The position numbers and the translations under genes were made by a program. The notes under the pieces were generated by a model. The model did not search any database. It worked only from the letters and a program-made list of their open reading frames with translations, and had not been told where the DNA came from. This document shows, piece after piece, positions 30,920-40,953 of a stretch of DNA of 64,000 nucleotides. The number at the start of each line of letters is the position of its first letter. The first letter of the stretch is position 1. Source of the DNA: Gammaproteobacteria bacterium (GTDB lineage: Bacteria; Pseudomonadota; Gammaproteobacteria; Eutrophobiales; Eutrophobiaceae); NCBI GenBank assembly GCA_965116495.1, contig OZ220696.1, positions 3,840,001 to 3,904,000 on the forward strand, read 5' to 3'.

Positions 30920-31276
30920 ATGGTAAATATTATTGAGCAACTCGAAGCTGAACAATGCAACCGGGAAATACCGGAGTTTAATCCCGGTGATACCGTTGTT
31001 GTACAGGTTAAAGTGGTGGAAGGCCAGCGCGAGCGGTTACAGGCATTTGAGGGCACGGTGATCGCGAAGAAGAACCGGGGCCTTAATTCCTCATTCACGG
31101 TGCGCAAAATCTCTTATGGTGAAGGCGTGGAACGAGTGTTCCAGACTCACAGCCCGAGTATTGCCAATATCTCCGTGAAGCGGCGCGGAGACGTGAGACG
31201 GGCGAAACTGTATTACATGCGCAGCCGGCGCGGCAAGGCGGCCAGGATCAAGGAAAAAATCAAACCCTCATCCTGA
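30920..31276 (+). CDS. rplS: 50S ribosomal protein L19
   Basis: [34 protein letters not shown] and VRRAKLYY.R. Confidence 0.97.
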   Translation: MVNIIEQLEAEQCNREIPEFNPGDTVVVQVKVVEGQRERLQAFEGTVIAKKNRGLNSSFTVRKISYGEGVERVFQTHSPSIANISVKRRGDVRRAKLYYMRSRRGKAARIKEKIKPSS

Positions 31277-31326
31277 AGTCTTTATTTATCCGCAGATGAC
31301 GCATCCCTTGTGGGTTTTGGTGGTTC

Positions 31327-32214
31327 GTGTCTGACAATCAGGCTGTTATCGATCAGTTTCTTGATACCCTGTGGCTTGAGCGGGGCTTGAGTGAAAACAC
31401 CTTAAGCGCTTACCGTAGCGATCTTTATTCATATTCGAACTGGCTGAAGAATGCCTCCGCTGATCTGCTGGAGTCAAGGCCCGAGGATATCCTGGGTTAC
31501 CTGGCCTCGTTGAACAGCATGTCTGCTCGTACCAGCGCGCGCCGCCTGTCTTCGCTGCGCCGTTTCTTCCAGTATCTCGCCAGGGAAGGGCACATCAACC
31601 ATGACCCCTGTGCCCGGATAGCGGCGCCGCGCATCGGCCGGCCGTTACCGAAATCGCTGACTGAGGAGGAAGTAAAGGGGCTGCTTGCAGCACCGGATAC
31701 CTCGACAGCAATCGGCCTGCGCGACCGCACCATGCTGGAAGTTTTGTATGCGACCGGGCTGAGAGTATCGGAACTGGTCAGCCTGCAACTGGGGCAGGTG
31801 AATTTAAGGCAGGGGGTAGTCCGGGTCATCGGCAAAGGCAACAAGGAACGGCTCGTACCGTTGGGGGAAGAAGCGGTCGATTGGCTGGAAAAATTCATCC
31901 GCCAGGGCCGCGCCGAACTGTTGCAGGGGCCGCCTGCAGCAACGCTGTTTCCCAGTCGCCGCGGCCGCATGATGACGCGCCAGACTTTCTGGTACGCGCT
32001 GAGACGCTATGCCGTCCTGGCGGGTATTACCAAGACACTCTCACCGCATGTAATCAGACATGCCTTTGCCACCCACTTGTTGAACAATGGCGCGGACCTG
32101 CGCGTGGTACAGATGTTGCTGGGACACAGCGATATCTCGACAACACAGATATATACCCACGTCGCCAGGGAACGGCTGAAAAACCTGCATGCCGAACACC
32201 ATCCGCGTGGGTGA
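31327..32214 (+). CDS. xerD: Tyrosine recombinase XerD
   Basis: LWLERGLSENT..AY, LYATGLRVSEL, HVIRHAFATH and LGH...TTQIYT; upstream of dsbC. Confidence 0.95.
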   Translation: MSDNQAVIDQFLDTLWLERGLSENTLSAYRSDLYSYSNWLKNASADLLESRPEDILGYLASLNSMSARTSARRLSSLRRFFQYLAREGHINHDPCARIAAPRIGRPLPKSLTEEEVKGLLAAPDTSTAIGLRDRTMLEVLYATGLRVSELVSLQLGQVNLRQGVVRVIGKGNKERLVPLGEEAVDWLEKFIRQGRAELLQGPPAATLFPSRRGRMMTRQTFWYALRRYAVLAGITKTLSPHVIRHAFATHLLNNGADLRVVQMLLGHSDISTTQIYTHVARERLKNLHAEHHPRG

Positions 32215-32248
32215 GCCGGAAAGAGAAACAGACACTTAATGTGCGTTT

Positions 32249-32321
32249 GATGTGCGCCTTCCCTGGCGCACACCTTGCGGGCGCTCTCTGAGCGTCCAAA
32301 CCTGCTCCTGGTAGATTTGTC
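32249..32321 (-). repeat. Free-standing GGA-hairpin cassette
   Basis: Reverse complement GACAAATCTACCAGGAGCAGGTTTGGACGCTC...TGTGCGCCAGGGAAGGCGCACATC matches 53078-53150. Confidence 0.82.
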
Positions 32322-32477
32322 CCGGCGAACAGTGAACTAGGGATGGCGAGGCTGGGGCTTATCGAAGTCATTAATGTTGCGCCAGATTGGAATACTAACG
32401 CGGGATTTGGGTAACCAAGTTGGACTTTACTATTGTCCGTAGATAGAATTAATACAAATTAGACAAGGAGGCGATAT

Positions 32478-33197
32478 ATGCGATTTGATTGGGTATTATT
32501 TTTTTCGGTTTTCCTGTTTTCCTCTGGTATAAACGCCGACCCGGACCGGGACAGCCTGTTACGCAAATCTATCAGTGATGTTTTTCCGGACGTTGAAATC
32601 ACCCGGATCAAGCCGGCGCCCGTTCCCGGACTGTACGAAGTCATGCTCGGCACGGACATGATCTACCTGAGCGAAGACGGCCGCTATATCCTGCAAGGGG
32701 ACCTGATCGACCTGGGTGAAAGGATTAACCTGAGTGAACGGGAACGTGCAACCGCCAGGAAAGAAGTACTGGAAAGTATCCCCGCGAGCGAGACCATAGA
32801 CTTCTCTCCCCCCGCTAAACAGCATACTGTCTATGTATTCACGGATATTACCTGCGGCTATTGCCGGCGGTTCCACAGCCACATGGCGGAGTTGAACGAG
32901 AAGGGTGTGGCGGTCAGATACCTGGCTTTCCCCCGCGCGGGTATTGGTACGGATTCTTTCAGGGATATGGAATCGGTCTGGTGTGCCGCGGACCCGAATG
33001 CAGCCATGACCATGGCCAAGCAGGGCAACCAGGTAGCGCCGGCACAGTGCGATAACCCGGTGAAGCGGCAATATGAACTGGGGCAATCCCTGGGAGTGCG
33101 GGGGACGCCCGCCATTTACCTGGAAAACGGACAGGAAATGCCCGGGTACGTCCCGCCGGACGACCTGCTTGAGGCGCTTAACCATTACGCAGGCTGA
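32478..33197 (+). CDS. dsbC: Protein disulfide isomerase DsbC
   Basis: FTDITCGYC, YLAFPR.G and GTP cis-Pro loop; signal peptide. Confidence 0.95.
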   Translation: MRFDWVLFFSVFLFSSGINADPDRDSLLRKSISDVFPDVEITRIKPAPVPGLYEVMLGTDMIYLSEDGRYILQGDLIDLGERINLSERERATARKEVLESIPASETIDFSPPAKQHTVYVFTDITCGYCRRFHSHMAELNEKGVAVRYLAFPRAGIGTDSFRDMESVWCAADPNAAMTMAKQGNQVAPAQCDNPVKRQYELGQSLGVRGTPAIYLENGQEMPGYVPPDDLLEALNHYAG

Positions 33198-33206
33198 ACT
33201 GCAGTA

Positions 33207-33953
33207 TCAGGGGATGGACTTCAAGTCCGTCCCCGGTGAGCGCTGCTGCAGTTCCCCACGCAATGATTTGATCACCGCAACCGTCCTGCTGCCGTCTTTT
33301 TCGGTGTGCTCGACCTTTATCGGCAGAAACTCCAGGTCGGGCGCGCACCAGAAAACGGACCTACGGCTGCTGCCGGGTTTGTGCCTGAGCATTTTCACGG
33401 TATTGAAACTGCCCAGGGGCGTGTCGACGATTTCCTCGCCCAGTTTCTCGAAACGGTAAGTCTTAATCCCCCCTCCGTCGGCTATCAGGTAGGTATCGGG
33501 CGTCTGCCCGTTTTGCAGATCGTACATGATTGCGAGCTGGTAAAGCAGTTTGTCCATCACGGCCGGTTCTATCGGCATGTGCCAGAAATCGCCGTTAATC
33601 GTATTTTTTATTTTGCTGGTCTGCCAGTTGAACTCGATGGAGACGTCACGTTTTTTCCTGTCACCGGTTCGCTTGTAAGTGTAGTAGACCGGCCTGAGCA
33701 GCCGTTCCCGGACAGTCAGACGGCTGGTTTCGATAATATGCACCTTTCTGAATAATGAAATCAGGCCGACCGTTTTCGTCTCGGAACGGTACTCGTAACT
33801 GTTATCATCCTGTCTTGTCAGGCGCCGGGTTACCCGTGCAGCTTTTGTGTTTTTGGCGTATAGCGTATATTCCGCTTCGAAAGCAGGCAGGACAGCAACG
33901 CTTTCGGCCCATATGAAGCCCGGCATCACGAGCAGGCAGAAAAAAATCAGCAT
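33207..33953 (-). CDS. DUF3108-like exported protein
   Basis: Signal peptide, F.A.Y, D.L..QL, G.E...TP.G.F and W.AP.L.FLP pattern. Confidence 0.7.
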   Translation of the reverse strand: MLIFFCLLVMPGFIWAESVAVLPAFEAEYTLYAKNTKAARVTRRLTRQDDNSYEYRSETKTVGLISLFRKVHIIETSRLTVRERLLRPVYYTYKRTGDRKKRDVSIEFNWQTSKIKNTINGDFWHMPIEPAVMDKLLYQLAIMYDLQNGQTPDTYLIADGGGIKTYRFEKLGEEIVDTPLGSFNTVKMLRHKPGSSRRSVFWCAPDLEFLPIKVEHTEKDGSRTVAVIKSLRGELQQRSPGTDLKSIP

Positions 33954-34013
33954 TGTGAATAACCGGGGAACGGCGGTATAGTAAACCTGCCGTAAATTTG
34001 GTTCTGTCGGGAC

Positions 34014-35468
34014 ATGCAGACAACTCGAAAAAATTTTTATCCCAGTAATCATTCAAATATCCTGGTAGCCGGTGACGTGATGCTGGATCGTTACGTTTAT
34101 GGTGATGCCGACAGGATTTCACCGGAAGCGCCGGTCCCGGTGGTAAAGGTGGGCAGAATTGAGGAACGACCGGGCGCCGCCGCTAATGTCGCAGCCAATA
34201 TCAGCTGCCTGGGGTTGAAAGTCACGCTGGCTGGCATTACCGGAGAGGATGAGGAGGCCGGGGTTCTGGAGCGGGCATTATCGGAATTGGGAGTCAGTTC
34301 TCGTTTTTATCGTCAACCTGGGACTTCCACTATAACCAAACTCCGGGTTTTAAGTCAAAACCAGCAATTACTGCGCCTGGATTACGAGGATGATTTCGCG
34401 GCGGACGCGACCGGCCCGCTGCAGGAGATTTATGCCGGGCTGCTGCGCGACGCGACTGTTGTGGTGTTATCCGATTATGCCAAAGGTAGCCTGGCCCGTG
34501 TGGAGGCCTTCATCAGGCTCGCCGCCGGACGTACCCTGCCTGTCATAATCGACCCGAAAGGCACTGATTTCTCCCGCTATAAAAACGCCGCGGTACTGAC
34601 GCCGAACTACCGGGAGTTCGAGGCCGTTGCGGGTGCTTGCATGACCGAGGAACAGGTATGTACAAAAGGCATGAACCTGTGTGAAACATTATCACTTGAC
34701 GCCTTGCTCATTACCCGGGGCAGGCGCGGGATAACCCTCCTGGACAGGGCAAATCATGAAATTATCGATCTCCCGGCTGAAACCCGCGAGGTCTATGATG
34801 TCACCGGCGCCGGCGATACCGTCATCGCGACGTTTGCGGCAGCTGTTGCCTCCGGTTACGACTACCGGGATGCCGTCGGCTTCGCCAACGCGGCCGCCGG
34901 TATTGCCGTACAGAAGCTGGGTACGGCGGCCGTACGCCTCGCTGAATTAAATGCCCCCGTTGCCCATTCCGCCGCACGGGGGAGCGCCAGGCACATGCAG
35001 CTTGACGGCCTGCTCGATGCGCTCAGCGCGAGCAGGAGGAATGGAGAAAAAATCGTCATGACCAACGGTTGTTTTGATCTCCTGCACGCAGGCCACGTCG
35101 ACTACCTGGAACAGGCCAGGGCGCTGGGTGACAGGCTGCTCGTCGCGGTAAATGATGATGCGTCCGTGCGCAGGCTCAAGGGCGCCGGCAGACCGTTGCA
35201 TGACCTGGAAAAACGCCTGAAGGTACTGGCGGGACTGGCCGCGGTCGACTGGCTGGTTACGTTTTCCGAGGATACGCCGGAGCGATTGGTGGAACAGATC
35301 AGTCCCGACCTGCTGGTAAAGGGCGGTGATTATGCCGTCGATGAGATTGCCGGGGCCGGGCATGTAAAAAAACAGGGAGGCGAAGTAAAAGTACTGCCGC
35401 TGGTGGATGGCTGTTCGACCAGCAGTATTGTGGCCCAAATCAGGAATACCGGCCGGGGCTCGGCATGA
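34014..35468 (+). CDS. hldE: Bifunctional heptose 7-phosphate kinase / heptose 1-phosphate adenylyltransferase
   Basis: GDVMLDRY, RISPEAPVP, DVTGAGD, TNGCFDLLHAGH and VKGGDY. Confidence 0.96.
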   Translation: MQTTRKNFYPSNHSNILVAGDVMLDRYVYGDADRISPEAPVPVVKVGRIEERPGAAANVAANISCLGLKVTLAGITGEDEEAGVLERALSELGVSSRFYRQPGTSTITKLRVLSQNQQLLRLDYEDDFAADATGPLQEIYAGLLRDATVVVLSDYAKGSLARVEAFIRLAAGRTLPVIIDPKGTDFSRYKNAAVLTPNYREFEAVAGACMTEEQVCTKGMNLCETLSLDALLITRGRRGITLLDRANHEIIDLPAETREVYDVTGAGDTVIATFAAAVASGYDYRDAVGFANAAAGIAVQKLGTAAVRLAELNAPVAHSAARGSARHMQLDGLLDALSASRRNGEKIVMTNGCFDLLHAGHVDYLEQARALGDRLLVAVNDDASVRRLKGAGRPLHDLEKRLKVLAGLAAVDWLVTFSEDTPERLVEQISPDLLVKGGDYAVDEIAGAGHVKKQGGEVKVLPLVDGCSTSSIVAQIRNTGRGSA

Positions 35469-36397
35469 TCGTCATTACCGGGGCAGCCGGGTTTATCGGC
35501 AGTAACCTGGTGCGCGGCCTGAATGCGGCCGGGCGTACGGATATTATTGCCGTCGATGATTTATCCGATGGGACCAAGTTCCGCAACCTGGTTGATTGCG
35601 ATTTTCTGGATTATCTCGACAAGGATGAGTTCATCTCTTCCCTGCACCACAGGCTGGACGGCGTGGAACTCGTGTTTCACCAGGGCGCCTGCTCGGATAC
35701 CCGGGAATGGGACGGCAAATTCATGCTGGAAAACAATTACGCCTGGTCCCGCAACCTGCTGGATGCCTGTATCGTCAACAACGTTGCCTTCATTTATGCT
35801 TCCAGCGCCGCGGTGTATGGCGGCAGTCGAAGTTTTATCGAGAAGCCGCACTGCGAGAAGCCCGTGAATGTATATGGTTACTCCAAGCTGTTGTTCGATC
35901 GCTATGCCCGCCGGATGGCGCAAAATCCAGCCTCCCGGATAACGGGATTGAGGTACTTCAACGTCTACGGCCCCGGCGAGCAACACAAGGGCGCAATGGC
36001 CAGCGTGGTATTCCAGTTGAATAAACAATTACTGGAAACCGGCGCGGTAAACCTGTTCAGGGGCAGCGGCGGCTACGCGGACGGGGAACAGCGCCGGGAT
36101 TTTATTTATATCGATGACGTTATTGACGTTAATCTGTGGTTCATGAATAACAGCGGGAACAGCGGTATATTCAACGTCGGTACCAGCAGGAGCAGGAGCT
36201 TTAACGATGTCGCCCGGCTGGTGACGGACTGGCATGGCAAGGGCAGTATCCGCTACGTGGATTTCCCCGAGGGTCTCTTGCCCGCTTACCAGAGCTTTAC
36301 CCAGGCGGATGTTTCGGCATTGCGGGAGGCCGGCTACCGGACTCCGTTCAAGGGATTGGAAAAGGGCATCGGAACATACCTGGACCGGTTGAATTGA
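35465..36397 (+). CDS. hldD: ADP-L-glycero-D-manno-heptose 6-epimerase
   Basis: TGAAGFIGSN, HQGACSDT, YASSAA.YG, YGYSK and HKG.MASV. Confidence 0.96.
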   Translation: MIVITGAAGFIGSNLVRGLNAAGRTDIIAVDDLSDGTKFRNLVDCDFLDYLDKDEFISSLHHRLDGVELVFHQGACSDTREWDGKFMLENNYAWSRNLLDACIVNNVAFIYASSAAVYGGSRSFIEKPHCEKPVNVYGYSKLLFDRYARRMAQNPASRITGLRYFNVYGPGEQHKGAMASVVFQLNKQLLETGAVNLFRGSGGYADGEQRRDFIYIDDVIDVNLWFMNNSGNSGIFNVGTSRSRSFNDVARLVTDWHGKGSIRYVDFPEGLLPAYQSFTQADVSALREAGYRTPFKGLEKGIGTYLDRLN

Positions 36398-36408
36398 AAT
36401 CCGGACCC

Positions 36409-37683
36409 ATGCGGTTTATATACAGCCTCGTACTGTACCTGTCCGTACCCCTGGTGTTGCTGAAACTGCTGTTGCGTGGGCTGAAAAACGCAGCTTACCT
36501 GGAACGTATCCCCGAGCGGTTCGGATGCGTACCGGAACCGAAGTCCGGATTACCCCTGATCTGGGTTCACGCGGTATCCGTCGGCGAGGTGCAGGCGTCC
36601 GGCGCGCTGGTGAAGCGCCTGCTCAGAACGTATCCCGGCTATCAGGTACTGATGACGACCATCACACCGACGGGCGCGGCACAGGTAAGGTCTGTATTTG
36701 CGGGCGCGGCGGAGCATCGTTACCTGCCCTATGACCTGCCCCATGCTGTCCGCATGTTTCTGCGCAGGATCAATCCGGAGTTGCTGATAATCCTGGAGAC
36801 GGAAATATGGCCGAACCTGCTGCATTATTGTGAGCGTCGCGGCGTCCCCGCGATCCTGGTCAATGCCAGGCTGTCTTCCGCTTCATACCGCGGTTACCTG
36901 GGGTTGCGCCGCTTCTCGGCGTCTGCCGTGCAGTCGTTGAGTCATATCGCCGCCCGGGGCGCTGAGGACGCCGACCGTTTCCTGGCGCTGGGAGCGGACC
37001 CCGCCAAGGTCTCGGTAACAGGCGACCTGAAGTTCGACATCGAGGCGGATAATGGCGTCGCCGACAAGGCGCTGTCATTGCGGCGAGAGCTTGCTGCAGG
37101 CCGTCCTGTATGGATCGCGGCCAGCACCCACGAAGGTGAAGAAGAACAGATCCTGGATGCATTCCGCCAGGTCAGTGAAACGCTTGCGGAGTGCCTGCTG
37201 GTTATCGCGCCGCGTCATCCCGAACGCTTCAATAAGGTATATAAGCTGTGCCGGCGCCGCGGCCTGTACGTCGTCAGGCATACCGACGCCGCAGGCGCTG
37301 CGCCCCGGGATACAAACATATATTTGCTGGATACGCTGGGAGAGCTCCCCCTGTTCTACGCCTGTGCCGATGTAGCGTTCATCGGCGGCAGCCTGGTCCC
37401 TGCAGGAGGACACAATGTGCTGGAAGCAGCCAGGTTGGGCGTGCCGCTGATAAGCGGGAAGCATACCGGCAATTTCGCGGAGATTACCGGTTTGTTCAAG
37501 GCCGCCGATGCAATCATGATCGCGGCCGGTGCCTCACAACTGGCCGCGGTAGTTATCCGCTTGTTGCAGGACGGCGAACTGAGGCAAACCTGTGGTGAAC
37601 GCGGGCAACGGCTGGTGCAGCAGAATCAAGGCGCGATCGACTCGGTCATGGCATTGCTGGAAGGATATGTGGGGTCGGAGTAA
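36409..37683 (+). CDS. waaA: Kdo transferase
   Basis: WVHAVSVGE, ETEIWPN, NARLS, ASTHEGE, PRHPER and GGHN.LE. Confidence 0.95.
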   Translation: MRFIYSLVLYLSVPLVLLKLLLRGLKNAAYLERIPERFGCVPEPKSGLPLIWVHAVSVGEVQASGALVKRLLRTYPGYQVLMTTITPTGAAQVRSVFAGAAEHRYLPYDLPHAVRMFLRRINPELLIILETEIWPNLLHYCERRGVPAILVNARLSSASYRGYLGLRRFSASAVQSLSHIAARGAEDADRFLALGADPAKVSVTGDLKFDIEADNGVADKALSLRRELAAGRPVWIAASTHEGEEEQILDAFRQVSETLAECLLVIAPRHPERFNKVYKLCRRRGLYVVRHTDAAGAAPRDTNIYLLDTLGELPLFYACADVAFIGGSLVPAGGHNVLEAARLGVPLISGKHTGNFAEITGLFKAADAIMIAAGASQLAAVVIRLLQDGELRQTCGERGQRLVQQNQGAIDSVMALLEGYVGSE

Positions 37684-37741
37684 AAATATGGTTGATCAGG
37701 CCGGGCGCTCTGAATTGTGTAAGTTTTTTTACTCCGACCCC
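37671..37741. repeat. REP-like inverted repeat (GGGGTCRGAGTAAAA family)
   Basis: GGGGTCGGAGTAAAAA...TTTTTACTCCGACCCC; overlaps the waaA stop codon. Confidence 0.78.
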
Positions 37742-37985
37742 AAGTACCTCTTGATTGTTATATACGCAACCACTAACCTGTACATGGTGGTTCGGTTTAA
37801 AGAGACAGTGAAACGATAAGATAGAGACTTCTTAAATCGATTTCTTCTCTATTAGTTGCGATCACAACCATGTCAAATGTATGATTGTATTAAAGGTATC
37901 TTATAATAGTTAAGCTACCCAGTTCGCCGTGACTTTTATATTGTTGTAGTTACAAATCATAACTATAGATAAAAGGGGGCTTTGA

Positions 37986-40277
37986 ATGAATCAAGGTAAT
38001 TCCAAAAAACGCTTCTCACCCTTATCTCACTGCGGACTGATGGCAATCGCTGCGGCAATCGTCTGGGTACCGACAATATCCGTTGCCCAAGATGTCCTGG
38101 AAGAGATCATCGTCACGGCAACCAAGCGTGAAGAGTCACTTCAGGATGCACCGTTATCGGTCAGTGCGTTTACGGGTAGTGATCTTCAACGCCAGGGCGT
38201 TGCCGATATGCAAGGACTATCCAATATCGTTCCTAATGTGACCATTGGTACGGAAGGGGCGCGGGATGCAACCTATATCGCCATTCGCGGTATCTCACAG
38301 AGCGAACGTCGTAATACGGATGATGCCACCACGCCATTCTTTATAGATGGTGCGACTGTGCCCAGGATGTCGGGTGTTGCAGCTTATTTCTATGATGTTG
38401 AGCGTCTTGAAGTACTGCGCGGCCCCCAGGGTACATTATACGGCCGTAACAGTACGACCGGCGTGGTTAACCTCATAACCAGGAAACCTAATTTTGATGG
38501 CATAAATGGCGATTTCGAGTTGGGCTATGGCGATTACAATGATTTCACGGCAAATGGCGCGATTAATTTACCCTTATCTGGTGATGTCGCGGGGCGAGTG
38601 GCCTTTACCTACAGAGAACGTGATGGCTATCGTGATAATGGACCCGACATTGAGGATTCAGATGATGCGGATGACTTCGGTATACGCGGCCACCTGTTAT
38701 GGAATGTCACCGATGACACATCACTGTTATTTACCGCAGATTATTACCAGAGGAAGGGCGTCGGTCTGAATATCTACGGGGTGCCATGCGAGTCTGACGT
38801 AACATGTCAGCTGGGTTCGGGCATCACCAGTAACAAAGGAAATGTACCGCTGAATACCCAACCTTTTCGTGATAACTCCGACACCGATTTTAAGTTTGAA
38901 TTGAATCATAGTTTTGAAAACTTCGATTTCACCGGACTGGTCTCCTACCGGGAGCATGAGCGAGATTATCAGAATGATGAAGGGTGGGGAGACAGTTTGA
39001 GGGGCATCCCGGTTAAGGCAGATGTTGTAGAAACCACCGAGTCTGAATCCATTAGCGCTGAAGTGCGATTCACTTCCACCACGGATGGCCCACTACAATG
39101 GATACTGGGCGGCTATATGCTGGATGAGGAAATCAACGGCACCTTCTTTTTCCGTCCGGTATTCGTTGGCAGTCCTTTTGTGGGTAATCACCTGAACCTC
39201 CAGTTTACGGATGATGATTTGAGTATTGAATCCTGGGCGGTATTTGGCAACCTGGCCTATGATGTCACTGATCAATTGACCCTTAGAGGCGGCGTCCGCT
39301 ATACCGACGATGAGAAGGACAAGGGCGGTAGCGCTACGGACCCGTCCGCGGGTAGTTTTATGAGAGTCGGCATATTGGAATCGGGAATAATCTTTGGCCC
39401 ACCTTTCCGTGCGCAGGTGGCTAATCCCAAGTGGGACAAGGTGACCTACAATGTTGGTTTTGACTATGCTATCAATGATGATGCCATGATCTATGCCAAG
39501 TTCAGCACCGGCTACAAGGCGGGTGGTTTTAACCGTGGCAGCGCCGGTCCCGGCACTGCGCCACCGGTTTTTATGCTGGATGTATACGACCCTGAAGAGG
39601 TGGATGCTTTTGAGATCGGTTATAAGGGAACCTTACTGAATGGCCGGGCGCGGTTTAACATTGCCGGATTTTATAACGACTATGCAAGTAAGGTAGAATC
39701 AGTAGTCAGAACCATTAATGGCGTACCTACCAATACCGCAGTCAATGCAACGGATGTTGAGGTCTGGGGTGTTGAAGTAGAGACTTCAATGGTATACGGT
39801 AATTCCGGTGGACGGGTTGATTTCAACCTGGGTTACCTGGATGCGACCTATGGTACGTTCGATAATCTGCCGGACCCTATTATCGGTAGTGGGGCAACCC
39901 TTGATGTTTCCGGAGCAACAGTGCTTAATGCGCCTGACTGGAACCTGACTTTGACCTGGGTCCCCGTCGAGTGGGGTGTGATGAATGGTCGCTTATCCCC
40001 AATGGTGCAGGTGGCATATAAGTCAAAATATAAAACACGCGCACATGGATTGTTGAATGATATCCAGGATGATTTCACTCGGACCAATCTCAGCCTGCAT
40101 TGGGAGTCTGATAATAACGGCTTCTATGGAGAGGCATATGTGCGTAATCTTGAGGATGAAACTATCCAGACAAACTCAGACTGTGCTAATCAGCTTCAGG
40201 GCGGCCTGGGTATCGGTTGCAGAAAGATGTTTGCTCCCCCGCGTACCTTCGGAGTAAGGGCGGGCTATCGCTTCTGA
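37986..40277 (+). CDS. TonB-dependent receptor
   Basis: TonB box EEIIVTA, plug motif VERLEVLRGPQGTLYGRN and C-terminal GYRF. Confidence 0.93.
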   Translation: MNQGNSKKRFSPLSHCGLMAIAAAIVWVPTISVAQDVLEEIIVTATKREESLQDAPLSVSAFTGSDLQRQGVADMQGLSNIVPNVTIGTEGARDATYIAIRGISQSERRNTDDATTPFFIDGATVPRMSGVAAYFYDVERLEVLRGPQGTLYGRNSTTGVVNLITRKPNFDGINGDFELGYGDYNDFTANGAINLPLSGDVAGRVAFTYRERDGYRDNGPDIEDSDDADDFGIRGHLLWNVTDDTSLLFTADYYQRKGVGLNIYGVPCESDVTCQLGSGITSNKGNVPLNTQPFRDNSDTDFKFELNHSFENFDFTGLVSYREHERDYQNDEGWGDSLRGIPVKADVVETTESESISAEVRFTSTTDGPLQWILGGYMLDEEINGTFFFRPVFVGSPFVGNHLNLQFTDDDLSIESWAVFGNLAYDVTDQLTLRGGVRYTDDEKDKGGSATDPSAGSFMRVGILESGIIFGPPFRAQVANPKWDKVTYNVGFDYAINDDAMIYAKFSTGYKAGGFNRGSAGPGTAPPVFMLDVYDPEEVDAFEIGYKGTLLNGRARFNIAGFYNDYASKVESVVRTINGVPTNTAVNATDVEVWGVEVETSMVYGNSGGRVDFNLGYLDATYGTFDNLPDPIIGSGATLDVSGATVLNAPDWNLTLTWVPVEWGVMNGRLSPMVQVAYKSKYKTRAHGLLNDIQDDFTRTNLSLHWESDNNGFYGEAYVRNLEDETIQTNSDCANQLQGGLGIGCRKMFAPPRTFGVRAGYRF

Positions 40278-40365
40278 TTCAATCATAAGACAAGGGAAAG
40301 GAGCACTACGAAGAGTTGTTCCAGTAACCAGTAAAAATTGTATTTAACCGTACCACCGAACCAGC

Positions 40366-40488
40366 GTAATGGGGGTCAGGTCGCACATTGCATATGTGTG
40401 CGACCTGACCCCCATTACAGGATTGGCATTGATTTTGACGCCGGGCCCCTGTATCGTAGGAACTCCTGATTTTATCCCATAGGTTCCC
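40366..40488. repeat. GGGGTCAGGTCGCACA REP plus degenerate half of the 4553-4704 element
   Basis: GTAATGGGGGTCAGGTCGCACA...TGTGCGACCTGACCCCCATTAC, then CATTGATTTTGAC...GTAGGAAC...AGGTTCC. Confidence 0.7.
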
Positions 40489-40493
40489 AGATC

Positions 40494-40865
40494 ATGCTGA
40501 AAGCCGTAACAATACTTGCCTTATTGGTCCCTTCATTCGTCGCGGCTGCCGGCTTCCCGACAGTTGAAACAGTCAGGATGGTCGTCAGTTGTATGGCCGC
40601 GCTGGGCGATCAGACCGAAGAAAATTTACTCACCTGTGCGTGCCGGCAGGATGTTCTTGAGGCTGAAATGACCTTCGAGGATTTCGAGGAGGCCAGCCTG
40701 CAGGAACGCTATTCCGGGATGCCGGGCAAACGCGGCGGCCTGTTTCGTGATGATGATGCCAGCAGGGAATACCTTAAAGCGCTGAAAGCCGCCAGAAAGA
40801 AAGCGGGAACTGCGTGTCCCGAGGTCAGGAAGGTTAAGCGGGCGGGGGAGAGAAACTCCGAGTAG
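40494..40865 (+). CDS. Small exported Cys-containing protein of quinoprotein dehydrogenase clusters
   Basis: Signal peptide; FPT......V..CM...G........C.C..D pattern and a C-terminal Cys; xoxF neighbourhood. Confidence 0.6.
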   Translation: MLKAVTILALLVPSFVAAAGFPTVETVRMVVSCMAALGDQTEENLLTCACRQDVLEAEMTFEDFEEASLQERYSGMPGKRGGLFRDDDASREYLKALKAARKKAGTACPEVRKVKRAGERNSE

Positions 40866-40953
40866 TAAACCCGGTCGCCGGGCGATTATACTTCTTTGGG
40901 GACGGACTTAACTCCGTCGCCGGACAGATGGAAGTCCGGCGACGGCAGGATGG

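Noticed and set aside
31327-32214. Tyrosine recombinase as a prophage or island integrase
   Set aside because: Sequence and xerD-dsbC context identify housekeeping XerD; no att sites or cargo.
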